A stretch of 63,317 bases of DNA, filler included, from Folioceros fuciformis (lineage: Eukaryota), in assembly GCA_049999805.1 (NCBI GenBank). It is 6 parts of 6 records of this genome, joined end to end, with 100 filler letters (N's around TTAATTAATTAA, not from the genome) between each part and the next. Parts side by side here need not be neighbours in the genome. Positions count along the whole stretch, not along the records: positions 6,169 to 26,306 come from JBNGIO010003070.1; positions 26,407 to 36,268 come from JBNGIO010003071.1; 4 more parts are not named here. One strand, written 5' to 3'. A program made the translations under genes and the position numbers. Below the pieces are notes generated by a model. It saw only the letters and a program-made list of their open reading frames with translations, searched no databases and was not told where the DNA came from. Positions 13,682 through 26,757 of this stretch are shown here, in pieces (the first letter of the stretch is position 1; every line of letters begins with the position of its first letter).

Positions 13682-16600
13682 TCAGCTTGCGTTCCCCTCT
13701 GGCTGATGGGTCTGCCTATGCCTCACACCTTCGCTACTACTTGCCCTCTGCCACGAAGGCTGAGTCAAGTCATCCTGTTGCGTCACGGCAGCCGTGTCAA
13801 ACCCCTGATCCCTTGTCTCCCTGAAGATGGGCAGAAGAGAAACTATGCCACCTGTTGGGCCCCCGAAAATCCATGGCAAAACAGACCCGAAAGCAGTGTA
13901 CGCAGTGGGCGGTGCAAGGGCATTATCACTGCCATGTGACAGACGTGCACCTGTTTCTGCACCTCCAAGACTCTCCCTACTTGCCCTTACATCGCTGCTC
14001 CTTTCGGTCCCTCCGCTACCCATCACCCCAACCCCATTCTGGCTGCTTGAAAGAATGTCATTACTATTACCTGACCTACCTACATTAGAACTACTTCTAC
14101 TGTCTCCCTGGAATGGATTCTGTACTGTGCTGCCATGTGCTGCATTGGTCTGATGATGAGCATCACCCAGGTGATTTGCACCACTGTTTGGGCTTGCCCT
14201 CGCAACCTGGACAGTAGTGGCAAAGAGAGTAGAGTGAATGTGCACACCTTGATGGTGCAAGATGGTCCTCCTTCGCAGATAGGCTTGCAAGGCTGGCACC
14301 TATTCCATAAGCGAAGGAACATCTTTCAATACTGCGTGTTGCAATCCCAAGTTCGCTCTGTACAAGAAAAGAGTATGCAAAGCAATGGGGCATTGTTTCC
14401 CGTACCTCAAATCGGTTCCAGAAGTACAGAACTAGGTGCTGCATAAAGGCTGCGGCTGTCGAAAACGCAAGGTAGGAAAAACCTGAACAATCTCCAACCC
14501 CTTTATTCCCTGTCTACTAAATCCATGACGTCAATCCACGAGACAGGCAACGACTTTTTGGCTACATTTATCTCGTTCGGGCCCAACTTACCATATGTGT
14601 AGGAGAAAAAATATATGTGGAAGACCATGAAATATAAGAAAAAGAAACGAGGAAAGTACTGCATTGACAGCATTGTTCGGGCACTGCAAACCACAAATCG
14701 CTTGTCAATGCCAACTAATTTCTTAAAACATTTGCAACCTGAAGTAACTCGGGAGCAAATTCTGTTACCTGATCATGGTGAACAGCTCGCAAAGCCACAC
14801 AAGTGTGAGGACCATGAAAGCAAGAAGCTGATCATCGAAGAACTCGAACAGAAAGAACAATATACCAATCATTATCTGCAAGGTGATCAAGTGCAATCCA
14901 TCAGGAGTATAGTTGACATTACATGTACTGATGTCCAACACAAACTACACAGATCTACAAGTGCGCGACCAAACTGATACTCACCGGCACAAAAACCAGA
15001 GATTCCACCACATGCACGAAGATGAGTCGATAGGTCGGCAGCCGGTGGCGGGCATGATGCTGAAGTTGCACTACAAGTAGCGTGCACAAAAAAAAAACAA
15101 ATCAGGAACGGTGAAGCGGTCCAAAGAGGAGTCCAAACGAAAAGATGACACGCCGTAGAGAAAACCACGACTTTACCAGTAAACTTAAGCATGCGAGACT
15201 GAGTCTCCCGCAGGGTGAAGGAGACAGACATGGTTGTCGTAAAAAAAACAAATAAAGAGGTGATGAGCACGCCACATTTGAACACAATGAAATCTGCAGA
15301 GGACCATCATGGGGCTGTTAGCCTGTATAGAGGTAATTTGACACTTCAGGAACGGAAACTCACGAGTCCTACCATCCAGCCCATGTGGAACTCCACTAAA
15401 ATCTTGCAGATAGTTGAGGTTGTACAGTTCCTTTGTTTGGAAATTGTACAAAAAGCCTGCCCACAGAGCAGAAGACGTGTTGGCTCATTGGTTGACAAGC
15501 ACCCCACTGGTTGTGCAACAAATTTCGTCAGCACCAGAGCATTCAAGCACAAGAGTTCACTGGAGTACTTGTTACCATTCCCCGTGACATTCAGCAAACT
15601 GTTCATTAAGATAGTGTCGTAGCCAACAAAGTTGTCAATGACAAACTGCTGCCACCTGCATGTAGAACCAGACAACAGACCCGTACATTGAGCCCGTGAG
15701 TGAACCAATGCTTAAGATCAGAGAGTTGGCTAAAGGTCTGGAGAATATTTGCAAGGCCCTCACCCTCAATCACAAGACTTAATCCTCTATCTCACCAACC
15801 TGTTGCCAAAGCATCGGTCCTGAGCTGAGATGCTTATGTTAAGTTTCCGCACATTGCCACGATGCTTAGCAGTCTCCGATAGCATTAAGAAGCCCTGCCA
15901 GAAACATATCCCCATCAGACAAAAGGCACGACTTAATGTCTCTTGGAAAGCTACTGCAGTGCCAATCATTACAGATGCAAAGCTTCACCTTTTCAGCACT
16001 ATACAGATATGTTGGCTCAATCATCCTACTTCGTCCATCTGCGACACAATGCTCACCTTCAGAAAAAATACAGATGTACACATACCGCAGAACCAGAAAT
16101 GTCTGGTCAATTGAGGTCATCAGCCTGTGGATAACATTCTAGCACAGCATTTAGGCCGCTCCACAGTCAAAATAGCTAGATCCACAGAGCGTGTATTAAA
16201 AAGTTGCTTCTCAGCAACATCAATGGCAGATTTATCTGCAACGACTTGTTCACCTGTAACTGCATCAGGCTTGTTCCAGGCAACAGGGCCAGAATCACTC
16301 CGAATTGAACCGTCAGGAGACTCCCAACCTGCAATCCTCTGCACTCTCAAGTTTTGATCACCATACAGACAGATTTACATCGTGCTCATGCTGAAAAATA
16401 CCAAAACATAATCAACTGTCCTCAGCAGAAAATAATCACTGCAAAATTCGGAAACAATTTGTGCAACCCGTGCACGATGGCAATCAATGCGGGTAAATGC
16501 TACAATTTGAGCTCAAACAAGATAGTAACAAAATTAAGTTATGATGGTTTTAGTACCTCCCACTTCCGCTCCGTGTCTCCCGAACCTGCAAATCTCCCCA

Positions 16601-17636
16601 GCTTTTTCCTTCCCCCCTGTTTCAAAGAATGTGCAAGCTACATTCTCAAACACGTACTGGAAAGATCCTGAGAGACACAGATACATTTATCCTAACGACG
16701 AAGGTATGGACTATGGGCTGATTCACTCACCCAAAGGTGCCAGAAAGTCTTCAAATTTTGCTCTGATCGTTTCAACAAAGAACTACTGTAGGTACTCCAG
16801 CTGCTGATATAGTGCCATAGAGCCGACTTCACTGGGCCTTTGCCCGGAACTTCCGGGGCACTCTGCTCAGTTTGTATCTGGTGAGGGTCCCCTTTTGCGG
16901 AGGGGATGTCCACTACGGAAGGAGTTTCCACAACACAGCTGTCTGGTTTCCCGGCCTTGGCATGCCTCTTCAGCGCTTGACTCTTCCTCGTTCCAATAAG
17001 ATTCAACCAAAACTTCGCTGCCAGAATATTCCCCCCTTCATCTGGAACTTCATCATACTTTTCATCCGGATCCGAGGAACCTGCAGCAGCCCTATGCTCT
17101 ATATGCTGCAACCGAGGCAAGATCCTACTTCTGAGAGTCTCCTCTGTAGTTCGCATCCAACCGTCTGTGATCTGCTAGCGCAATTCAGAGTATGCTCAGA
17201 GACGTCGTTGGCCAGGAAAGATAAAACCGAGCAGTTCGTCCATCGCAAACATTCAGACGCACCTTTATCTGGATAATCTGTGAATCTTGCAACCCTTCCT
17301 CTTTCAAGAATGCACTCGCACATCCAGGCTGCATTCCGAGAGCACATGAAGGCATTAGCGAAGTTCAAACCTAAACCATTTCACACGCTGCCAAACTTCA
17401 CCACTGCGTGCCATGACACCAAAACGAACAACGACAAGCCAAGCATTCAATTGGATCGCTCAACACAACACCTGGCCCACGAAGTTGACGTGCATATTTA
17501 CAAGCAGCCCCAGGAGCAGCAGAGCGTTCATCAGGAACAGGTACTCCAACAGTGTCCGAAACCGAGGAGTCAAGAGCCGTGCAAGCACCCCGGAAAGCCG
17601 GGCATGCACTCGCATGAACGTCTGCTCCGGATCCAT
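13682..17636 (-). CDS. Membralin-like (TMEM259 family) multi-pass membrane protein, multi-exon
   Basis: N-terminus MDPEQTFMRVHARLSG..LLEYLFL..VNMHVNFVGQ; conserved SFTLRETQSRMLKFT and FPRFFFLYFMVFHIYFFSYTYG; last exon 13682-14299. Confidence 0.9.
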
Positions 17637-19707
17637 CACTCCCGAATATTTCTCCTGCCAAGACGCCTCCCTACCTACAGCTCCTATCCATAACCGCGTC
17701 ACCCTTCCCCATACATATCCCCAACCTGAGAGCAACACAAGGCCAAGGTATACGCCACAGCCGCCAACATTAGGTCATCGGGGGCGCCAACACCTGTTAT
17801 CAAATCCGGACGCCCAAGCGCATCACCCATTCTGGCAGCGCACACACTCACGTCGCTCCAGAATAGCTGATTTCACGTGCCTCCGATCCTCAGCTGCAAG
17901 AAAATATAAAAGTCCCCGAAATCCAATTGCTGTTCCACAAAGTTCCACAGACATCCGCAGAGCTCCGGTCAGGCGAAATCTGTCCTCGACCAGGTACCGG
18001 ACGTCATGTACCCTGCAGCTGCAAGATCGAAACGCAGGGCTCCACCTGCTCCCTCACACAATCCACTCCAGCACTCCACTTCACGTCCCCGTGCGGCACA
18101 AAACCACGTTCAAGATTCCCCCCGCTGTCCGCCACACTCCACTCTGCTGCACCCCCGGCACGCACTGCACCCCAGTGCTGAGGCTCACCTTCAAACAGCA
18201 CCGCTATCACTCCATATTATCATACCACAAACACGGGAACCTCGACACGTTCCACTCTCCTCCCCAGCAGGATGCCCGGTGGCTGTCCAAATTCCGCTTG
18301 AAATTGCCCAAGCGGCCCAGCAAAACGCCACAAGCCGCGTCCAAACGCCTCCAGCAAGAGCAGCGTCCTGCCGCTGGCACACCCGATCAAAGTGCTGCCT
18401 CCATGGCAGTGGCGGCCAGATCGATCCGGGCCGAGGCGGGAAGAAATATCCCCACGCAAGCTCCAAGCAAGGACGGCAAGGCAGCGAGGAAGGTGAGCAA
18501 ATGGATGACATGCGGGGCGGGGCCGGCCCCACCGAACACCCCTTTTTCACGAGGACCTTTTCTTATCACGTTATGGATGGCGTAAGTAATCCCTCTTATC
18601 CAATGAGGAGATGAATTCTAACAAATCTCTTACAGTCCACTAAGCGTAGATTAGCATGATGCTGAAGCGACTTGGTTACTTAACTTAACAAGCTCCTCCA
18701 AAGGCATCGGTCCTTTCCTTCAATGCCACCTATATAAGTAGGATCAAAGCGCAGCACAGCGCTCTTAACTCTAGAGTTCATCAGGCATTTGGAAATGGGT
18801 CCCATTCTCATCAATACATGTAAACCGTAGTGTAATCTGGGAACTGTGCGTACCGCAGGTAGATCCCGTTCTCTTTTCATCCGATAGAATAAAAATAAGG
18901 ACCGATCTGCCGGTGTGTGGCATCCAGACAGTTCCGTCCAGGGGATGCCCAGTGCAGCAGCATATACCATAAAATCAATCAATCCTTTTGTTCTTGTACC
19001 AAGATATCTGTCTGAAATGTGGGAGAGGGTTGCAGCGAAAGTATCGTACTGGGTGGAGATCTCATCTGCGCTACGTCGCTCAGCCGTGTCCAATCGCGCA
19101 TTCTGAGCGCCATGGCGTCACGTCTTTGAAATGGAAATTCAGGGCTCACATGTCGAGGAAGACAACCCCTGGCCGGCTCCTGGCACATCCTTCTCAATGC
19201 TTAGCCTGGCCTGGCCTGGCCCGGCCTCAGTCAGGTGTTGCCCACGGAACTTTCTCACCAGCAAGTGACTTGCTTCCTTGTTCGTTTGCAGAGCCTTGGA
19301 ATTGTCGCTGAAAGATTTTGGGGGTCCTAGTTTGATGCGACGGTGCGAAACATTCGTTGGACTACGGCTGTTGCTATCTTCAACCTGCTTTCCTCCGTCT
19401 CCAAGTGTTCTGCCCTGCGCCAGAAGCGACTGCTCGCCTTCCGTGTCTCTGGAATTCGCACAACTCTTGCCTTGCGAATGGAAGGCAAGAGAAGGAACCC
19501 CGCGTAGAAAGTGATGAGGGCTTTTGCTTCATTCCGCTGTGAGTCCTGCCATGCTGACTGACCCTGGCCAGGGCCGCCAGACTCGACTTGTTGCAGAACA
19601 AGGTGTTTTATGTACATATGTATGTAAAGGTTGTCGTTCTCACGTGAGAAAGTGACTGCGTTCCTGACATAAAGGCCATCCGCCGCCCTGTGTGCTGCCG
19701 TGCCATA

Positions 19708-19784
19708 GCTCTGGCTGGCCTGGGGGCAAATTTGTTGTCTTCATGTCCATACGACAACAAATTTGCCCCCAGGCCAGCCAGAGC
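19708..19784. repeat. Perfect 32-bp inverted repeat with 13-nt loop
   Basis: gctctggctggcctgggggcaaatttgttgtc (19708-19739) is the exact reverse complement of 19753-19784. Confidence 0.95.
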
Positions 19785-19787
19785 GGC

Positions 19788-22418
19788 TAACCGTAAAAAT
19801 CAGGTGGCCAGGTCTGGGCCCCACCGATCCACTCGTGGAGCCCTGCCATGCTTGATGTATAACATCACATGGCTTGTGCATAAGGATACGGTGAGCATCG
19901 ACGTATAGTTTTGCAGGGTACCGGCAACCGGTGAAATAGAGCGGCACGGGCAAGCCGATCACGAACTACCGTCCTTGGTCTACAGTGCAGACTATTAGAC
20001 TAATACGAATATACATATATCTTAAATAAAATATTCACTAGCGCCTGCCAAAGTCCCGCTTCTTCTCTTCCACGGGCAGAAACAGGTAGGCGTTCGTGAG
20101 CCGAGAAGGTTTGCCATTGCACGCCTGAGCCCCATGGATTTAAAGGCTCTTGGAGTCTAATGCCCATGGATTTGAAGGCTGCTAGAGCTTGAGCTCCATG
20201 GATATGAAGCATGCAAGTAAGAAGGTCTTGGAGGCAACAAGGCACTATAGTGAATGGAAACTAAATGCACAAAGCAGAAGAAACATGGAAGCCAAGGTAC
20301 TCCTCTAGAGAGAAAAACCAAGGAGTGCAAACCTTGCCATTGTCCCGAAAAATGAGGCATGTAATTCTCTACCATTGTCCTCTCTACATTCTCATTGCCA
20401 CCTCCTACATTCCAACTGACTTTCTTCTTTTTTGCCCTTGGGAGGGGAAAAGAAAGGTCTCAACCTAGCTGCATTCCTTGGTCCTTCAACTGGTATAAGA
20501 GGTTGCAATGGCTTGCACTCAGGCTATCCACTCGTCTCTTGCATTTGGGCTATGAGCTACTTCACAGCCAACAAAGTATTATGCACAAGAACATCAGCCT
20601 CAAACACAATACCATCGTGCATACACACACAATCCCAAATGTCCTTGTGTGGAGTGACCTTCTACCCTAATGTGCCACAAGAGGTCCACATTAACCCTCT
20701 TATTGTTGCAGTCTTGAGATTCATTGCTAAAAGGCATTGATAAAGGCATTGATCTCGTGCCAAGGCAACCAAACTAAGCTATTTTAGCCTGATCCTACTT
20801 ACCGGCTCCCTACTCAACCAAACAGTAGCTACAGCGGTTAGGTCTAACCCCTAACTTTATTCCTATTGCATACAAAAACTACCCCAACAGCTAAAAAGAA
20901 ACCTGATTTTACACCTCCCAATCTTCAACTTCAACCTCCTCCCTAGACAACATTGTCAATCCTAGCAGTGTACTCCAATATTGTGCTCTTGATATTTAGA
21001 ATAGAATTGAGAATTACTTTCTGCTTTGTAAAAATCTCAGGATGAGGCTTCGATTTCTTTGTGTATTCAGTGCTTGATGGTAGATAGACCTAAAGTCCCT
21101 TCTCTTTGGGTCCAGATTTATCAAAGGTTGCACACTTATGACTGTTCAATATTGAAGCCACAAAATCGAGGAAGGTGCTTAAGAATTGGCCATGTCTTCT
21201 CTCTCTGTAGTGGATACAGACTTCTTAAACTACCTCCTTTCAAATTCATGTCTTCTCTCTCTACAGCGGATACAGACTTCTTAAACTACCTCCTTTCAAA
21301 TTCTGACTCAAATGACTAGTGCGCCCTTCTCCCTTCAGTCTCTGGCTAGGATTGCGTGCAGGAATTCCTGCGAGGCATCCTTCCAGAAAATCTTAAGGGT
21401 TACTTGGCAAATGGATCCAAGAACCCCAACATTCTATCGAGACTATGAGAGTAAGGGAACAATAGCCATGTGCGCGTCCAGGTACAAGCCTCACGGCTCT
21501 GATACCAAGTTAAGTTTTGATATGCGCTGGTACATCCGTTGATCGACCTTCGCATTCAACACAAAAACACACTTAAATGTACAGGGAGCCATGAACATAC
21601 ATCCTGCATCGCGTGAAACGGTTACATAACTGTATTTGGGGTTTACCCTTTGGTGGTTGCTAAACCCTTTGGTGGTTGCTAATAGCATACGGTCATTTAA
21701 TCCTACTAAGTTAAAGCGGAAAGAGTGGAAATCAGCTAGCTTTCTCGAGCACAATAACAAATGGAATCACTCCTGTCCTTGGGGCAAGTAAGGTTACCTT
21801 CCCATTTGGGGCATGGGGAGCAGTCCAGGTAATAGTGTAGGTAAAGAGGCGATTGTTGCTTAATTCTAAGAAATAGCTTTAAACGCTAACTCATAGCTCA
21901 GTTGCTAATGCTGTGTATTTGCAAGCCTTCAGGCAGCCTTGTGTTGTTTTAATTTGAATTCTTTTTTTTGTGAAAAAAAAAACCTTTCAATGAAGCATCC
22001 TGTGAACTCATTACTTTTATTGAGAAGGGACAATCCCTTAGCAAGTTAAAATCCATGATAGGTATCAAGCCATTATTTGGTGGTTAGCAATGTGACGCGC
22101 ATCATTTGGTGGTACGAGAGGTCTGTTGGGATCACCCTGGTAAAACCAAGGAAGGAGCGCCAAATTTGATCACCCTTGTCCATCTAAGGGGCACGAATTT
22201 AGCGCACCGCGGTGTAAGCAAATCAAGATTTGAAATGAGGGTTTCAATACCTGAACCATTGTTCCTGAAACTAGCACGCAGACACAACCGGCAACCGGTT
22301 ACTGTATACGGTGCGTGTACGATGGTCACATATTATATCATGTGGCACAGTTGCAGACACACTCGTGTAAGGAGTGCGTCAGTGGGGCCCGGACCTGGCC
22401 ACCTGATTTATACGGCTA
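19788..22418. mobile_element. Putative non-autonomous TIR element of about 2.6 kb containing LTR-retrotransposon debris
   Basis: About 38-bp inverted repeats (19788-19825 versus 22381-22418, 4 mismatches) whose outermost bases are TA at both ends; internal reverse-complement tRNA-iMet PBS (ggctctgatacca, about 21495-21507); no intact ORF. Confidence 0.45.
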
Positions 22419-23079
22419 AGACACGGAAGGCATGAGAGAGTATCTACAGTATCACACGTGTCCCTTGTCGGCCAGTGATGAGGGCAGGCCCGGAGGTCAA
22501 GATGAGGGTGCGGGGAAGGAGCCGCAAAAAGGTGTGAAGGCAGGTTCACACGACCTCGAACGGCGGTGGAGAGAAGACGAACGACACTAAATGTTCCGTT
22601 GTGTGAGTTTTCCAAAGCCAGCAGATGGCAACTGGACTTGAGCTGGGAGGTTGAAAGCCGGGGGGCAGATGCCTACACCCCCGGGCGGGCGGTCTCGCCT
22701 CCCGACGGCCCAATTGCTGCTTTTCGGAATGGGGCAGTGAACCACCATGGCAACGGTTGCAGCCACACAGTGCCAGCTACAGTCCTACAGCAAGGCATCG
22801 GGACGTCTTTCCCACCGAAACACGTCTCCGCGCCCCACTCTCTCCGCCAGCCCGGATCTGATACCGCCCAGCTCAGGCCCCCGGCCCCTTAAACCCGGGC
22901 AGCCTCTGCACGCGGCCGCTGCAGATTTGTGGGTTCCCTTCCCGGCCCGGACTCGGCGTCCAGCGCGGGAGAAGCGGAAGCGGATCCGGAGAACCCCGGC
23001 ATCGAGGATGCGCAGAGCTGAGGATTGAAACGATCGGAAGCCTTCGGCAGGGAGGGAGCCTGAGCTGGAGGGAGCAGGA

Positions 23080-24944
23080 ATGGCGGCACCCAAGCCCGGC
23101 GCGTGGCTACCTGTTGCTGCAGCAGTGAAGTCGGCGATCCTGCTGCTCGCGGTGCTGCCTTCGGCGGGTGAGTTGGATCACGATCCGAAATCTTTTGGAG
23201 AAGGAATGCCCGACTCTTGCTGAATTGTGATCCAGCTTTCTGGATTCGCAGGTGCGTTCGACGCCCTGGATCCGTTCGGGAGCATCACGGTGAAGTGGGA
23301 CGTGATGCAGTGGACGCGTATCGGCTACGTGGTACGCACGGTGTGGCCGTGGCATGGGGCAATGGCAGTGCAACCGTGGATTCCAAGCTGAGACTAGGGT
23401 GGTGTGTGGGATTTGGCGCAGGCTACTGTGACCATGTACAATCTACAGCAGTACCGGCACATTCAGGCTCCTGGGTGGGTGTTGGGCTGGGAATGGGTGG
23501 CTGACGACGTGATCTGGTCTATGGTGGGAGCACAGGCCACGCTGCAGGGCGATTGCTCCCGATTCAAGGACAGTGCTATCCCCCACTCCTGCCGTCCAGA
23601 CCCGCACATTGTAGACCTGCTGCCTGGCGTGCCCTATGGCCTCCAGACGGGCAATTGCTGCCGGGGCGGTGTGCTCGCCTCCTACTTACAGGACCCTGCC
23701 AATGCTGTGGCTTCCTTTGGGCTCGTTGTGGGCACTGTCGGCAACACCAACGCCACCATACAGCTGCCCAAAAACTTCACCCTCGCCGGCCCTGGCCCCG
23801 GCTACACCTGTGGCCCCGCCGTGGTGGGTAGCCCCACGCTCTTCCCCACTCCAGACAACAGGAGGTTCACCCAAGCTCAAAGTGAGTGCTCTGTCCTGGG
23901 CTACCTTGCCTTCCCGTTCTTGCCTGCCTTCGTTTTGTTTCTGACCTTTCCATTCTCGTGTGTGCGCAGTGACATGGAATGTGACATGCTTGTACTCGCA
24001 GCGCCTGGCTCATAGGGCTCCCACGTGCTGTGTTTCCTTTTCGGCCTTCTACAATAGCATCATCGTGCCCTGCGCGACGTGCTCCTGTGCCTGCCAGTCG
24101 GACATCACCAGTCCCGAAGAGCAGGCAACTTGTGTGGATCCGTGAGATGATGCTCAACCCTCCCCATTGCCTCATGCATGTCATGTGTATCAATGATGGT
24201 CAGGTCTTGTCCTGACAGTCTGCCCTCCGCTCATTCTTCCATCCTCCTTCCCTCGCAGGACGGACCAGAATGCAATTACAAGTGCCCAACGAGCTGGGCC
24301 GACGCTCAGTCCTGCCAACCTGTATTGCTCCAACGACATGTGTCCCGTCAAGATCCACTGGCACGTGAAGGCCAACTACGTTCAGTACTGGAGGGTGAAG
24401 ATTACGATCACCAACAGAAACCTGTTCCAGAACTATTCGCAGTGGAACATTGTGGCGCAGCATCCCAACTTCGACAACTTCACGCAGGCCTACAGTTTCT
24501 CGTACAGGAGCTTCTCACCTTATGGCGACACAAGTAAACCCACCACCGGGGCTTGGATGCATGACTTGTCTGACACCACATTCTGTGTCGTTGGGTCGAA
24601 GCTCATGGCCATCGTTCTGATCACTTCCCCCTGTTGTGCGGCACGCAGATGATACTGCCGTCTTCTTTGGCATCAAGTACTTCAATGACATGCTCATGAG
24701 TGCTGGCCTGGACGGGAATGTGCAATCGGAGATTCTTTTCAGGAAGGATTCCTCCTTCACATTCAAGGAAGGTTGGGCATTTCCACGCAGGATCTACTTC
24801 AACGGTGACGACTGCGTGCTACCCGATTCTGACGACTTTCCACGGCTGCCGAATGCAGCGCCAGGCATGAAGGCGTCCGTGACCCTACTGATGCTCCTTT
24901 GTACCCTCATCACCCTCATCACATCCTGGGTCCTCCTGCCGTGA
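23080..24944 (+). CDS. COBL: COBRA-like GPI-anchored cell-wall protein, 6 exons
   Basis: Signal peptide exon, then FDALDPFGSITVKWDVMQW, ATVTMYNLQQYRHIQAPGWVLGWEW, NCCRGGVL, the CCVS motif (TCCVSFSAFYN), MCPVKIHWHVK.NY..YWRVK, GWAFPRRIYFNGDDC and a hydrophobic C-terminal GPI-type tail. Confidence 0.95.
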
Positions 24945-25599
24945 CAGCCCGCAACCTGGCTGGGGACCTGGCTTGGTTGGGTACATGTAGGTAGTACTAA
25001 ACAAAACACATTGATTTTTAGAGTGGCGTGCATGTCGGTGTTGTTTGCCTGTCCATTTTCAGCATGGAATGTCCACCGTCATCTGCTACTCTGGACTCGG
25101 GGTGGTAGGAACCGTCCACTGTAGAAAACCCTGCTGGTCAGAAGTAGGGCCAGCGGGCTCAGAAAGGGATGGCACAAATCAAGGCAATGTAACGTGAAGA
25201 ACTTGTCTGAGGGCGCCCACCATTTCCCCTCGTCCTGTACAGGATGTGAGTACATACCGATGTGCATACATGGGTGTGCCATGGAGACCGCAATGCGGTG
25301 AGGGAACTTTCTCCGCCGGTCTCCCTGCCCGACAGGCATGCAGGTTTACAGGTTTCTTCGACATTCCATTTGACAGTCTTTTTGCTCAAGGTCCACTGGC
25401 TCAGCCAGAATATACTGACGGACTGACACAGTGACGTGTCTGTAGAAGCCATGCGAGTGTGATGCGATGTGAGTCTCATGCCTAGAAAGTTTGATGACCC
25501 ATACCTGAGATGAGCGCTCAGCTTTCTAACGAGGGCATCTCTGGGAATCATACCATCAATCATACCATCGATTCCTGGAGAATGTGGTGGCTTTGGAGA

Positions 25600-26306
25600 T
25601 CGAAGCTCCTGCCGTACACCGCAGCTCGTCGGCCTGGGTAGTGGGGGTATGTCAGCATCTCCGTACGAGAAATGTTTCACGCGCCTAGGGCAAGGCTTCA
25701 AGCTCGGATCAGGGTGTGTGCACATCATTCCGACATGCAGCAGAGAGGTGCTTGCGCAGCATCGAACTTGTCGTCCAGGGCTAGATCCGCCACGTTCAGG
25801 AGGGTGCCAGCCTCCTGCATCTGCCACACCCACTCCACCAGCTGAACTTCCAGCTTGGGAGTTTTGTTGCTGGAGGTGGCATGCCCCAGGAGACCTCCGA
25901 CCTGGCCGTGGCCTTCCCTGCCAGTGCAATCTCCGGAGCCTTGTATCCCTTGGTTCCAGCTAAGCATGTCAAGGTGAGGTCCGTGGTCATGGTTTCCTCC
26001 ACCAGGCGCGCCAAACCGAAGCCTTCCAACCGGCCTTCCATATCCGACATCACGTTGCTGGGCTTGATGTCCCTCTGCAGTATGCATTTCTTCCACCCGG
26101 TGTGAATGTAAACCAGTGCCCCTGCAATCCCTCGGACAGTACGAAACCTCTCCGCATGGGTGTACAGCAGCCCCTTGTCGTAGTACAGGTGCCGATCCGG
26201 GTTATACTCGCACACGAGCAGGAGCTCGTTACCCTCCTGGCATCAGCCACGGAGATGCACCAGGTTCCCGTGCCGCAGCTGCCCTAAGCTCTTCAGCTCC
26301 GCCTTG
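25600..26306 (-). pseudogene. Receptor-like kinase (L-type lectin RLK-like) kinase-domain pseudogene fragment
   Basis: SLGQLRHGNLVHLRG*CQE (stop at 26243-26245), QRDIKPSNV (HRD lost), EGFGLARL (DFG lost), LAGTKGYKAPE; frameshifts precede LLHVGMMCTHPDP. Confidence 0.85.
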
Positions 26307-26406
26307 NNNNNNNNNNNNNNNNNNNNNNNNNNNNNNNNNNNNNNNNNNNNTTAATTAATTAANNNNNNNNNNNNNNNNNNNNNNNNNNNNNNNNNNNNNN
26401 NNNNNN

Positions 26407-26600
26407 CTTCTCCTCACGCTGCAACTTCCCTTCTTCTCACGCTGCGACTTCCCTTCTCCTCACGCTGCAACTTCCCTTCTTCTCACGCTGCGACTTCCCT
26501 TCTCCTCACGCTGCAACTTCCCTTCTTCTCACGCTACGACTTCCCTTCTCCTCAGGCTGCGACTTCCCTTCTTCTCACACTCGGACTTCCCTTCTCCCTT
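26407..26600. repeat. Tandem repeat, about 23-bp unit (cttcccttctcctcacgctgcra), about 8 copies
   Basis: Directly visible at the contig start, just upstream of the Harbinger transposase; possibly subterminal repeats. Confidence 0.9.
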
Positions 26601-26757
26601 TTTTATATATGATTATATTGATTATCTTATTTTTAGTTATCAATACTGTGTTCTAATTTTTAGTTATGGATCCTATGTTGTACTTTATGCTTCAAGTTAT
26701 GTTCCAAAGGTCATATTCACATTCTTTATACTTGGAGGATGTACAACCGATAACAGT

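Noticed and set aside
17413-18614. 390-aa and 202-aa plus-strand ORFs
   Set aside because: Antisense to the membralin first exon and its upstream region; no recognisable motif.
18680-19093. 137-aa minus-strand ORF
   Set aside because: Non-ATG start and no family recognised; cannot be supported without a search.
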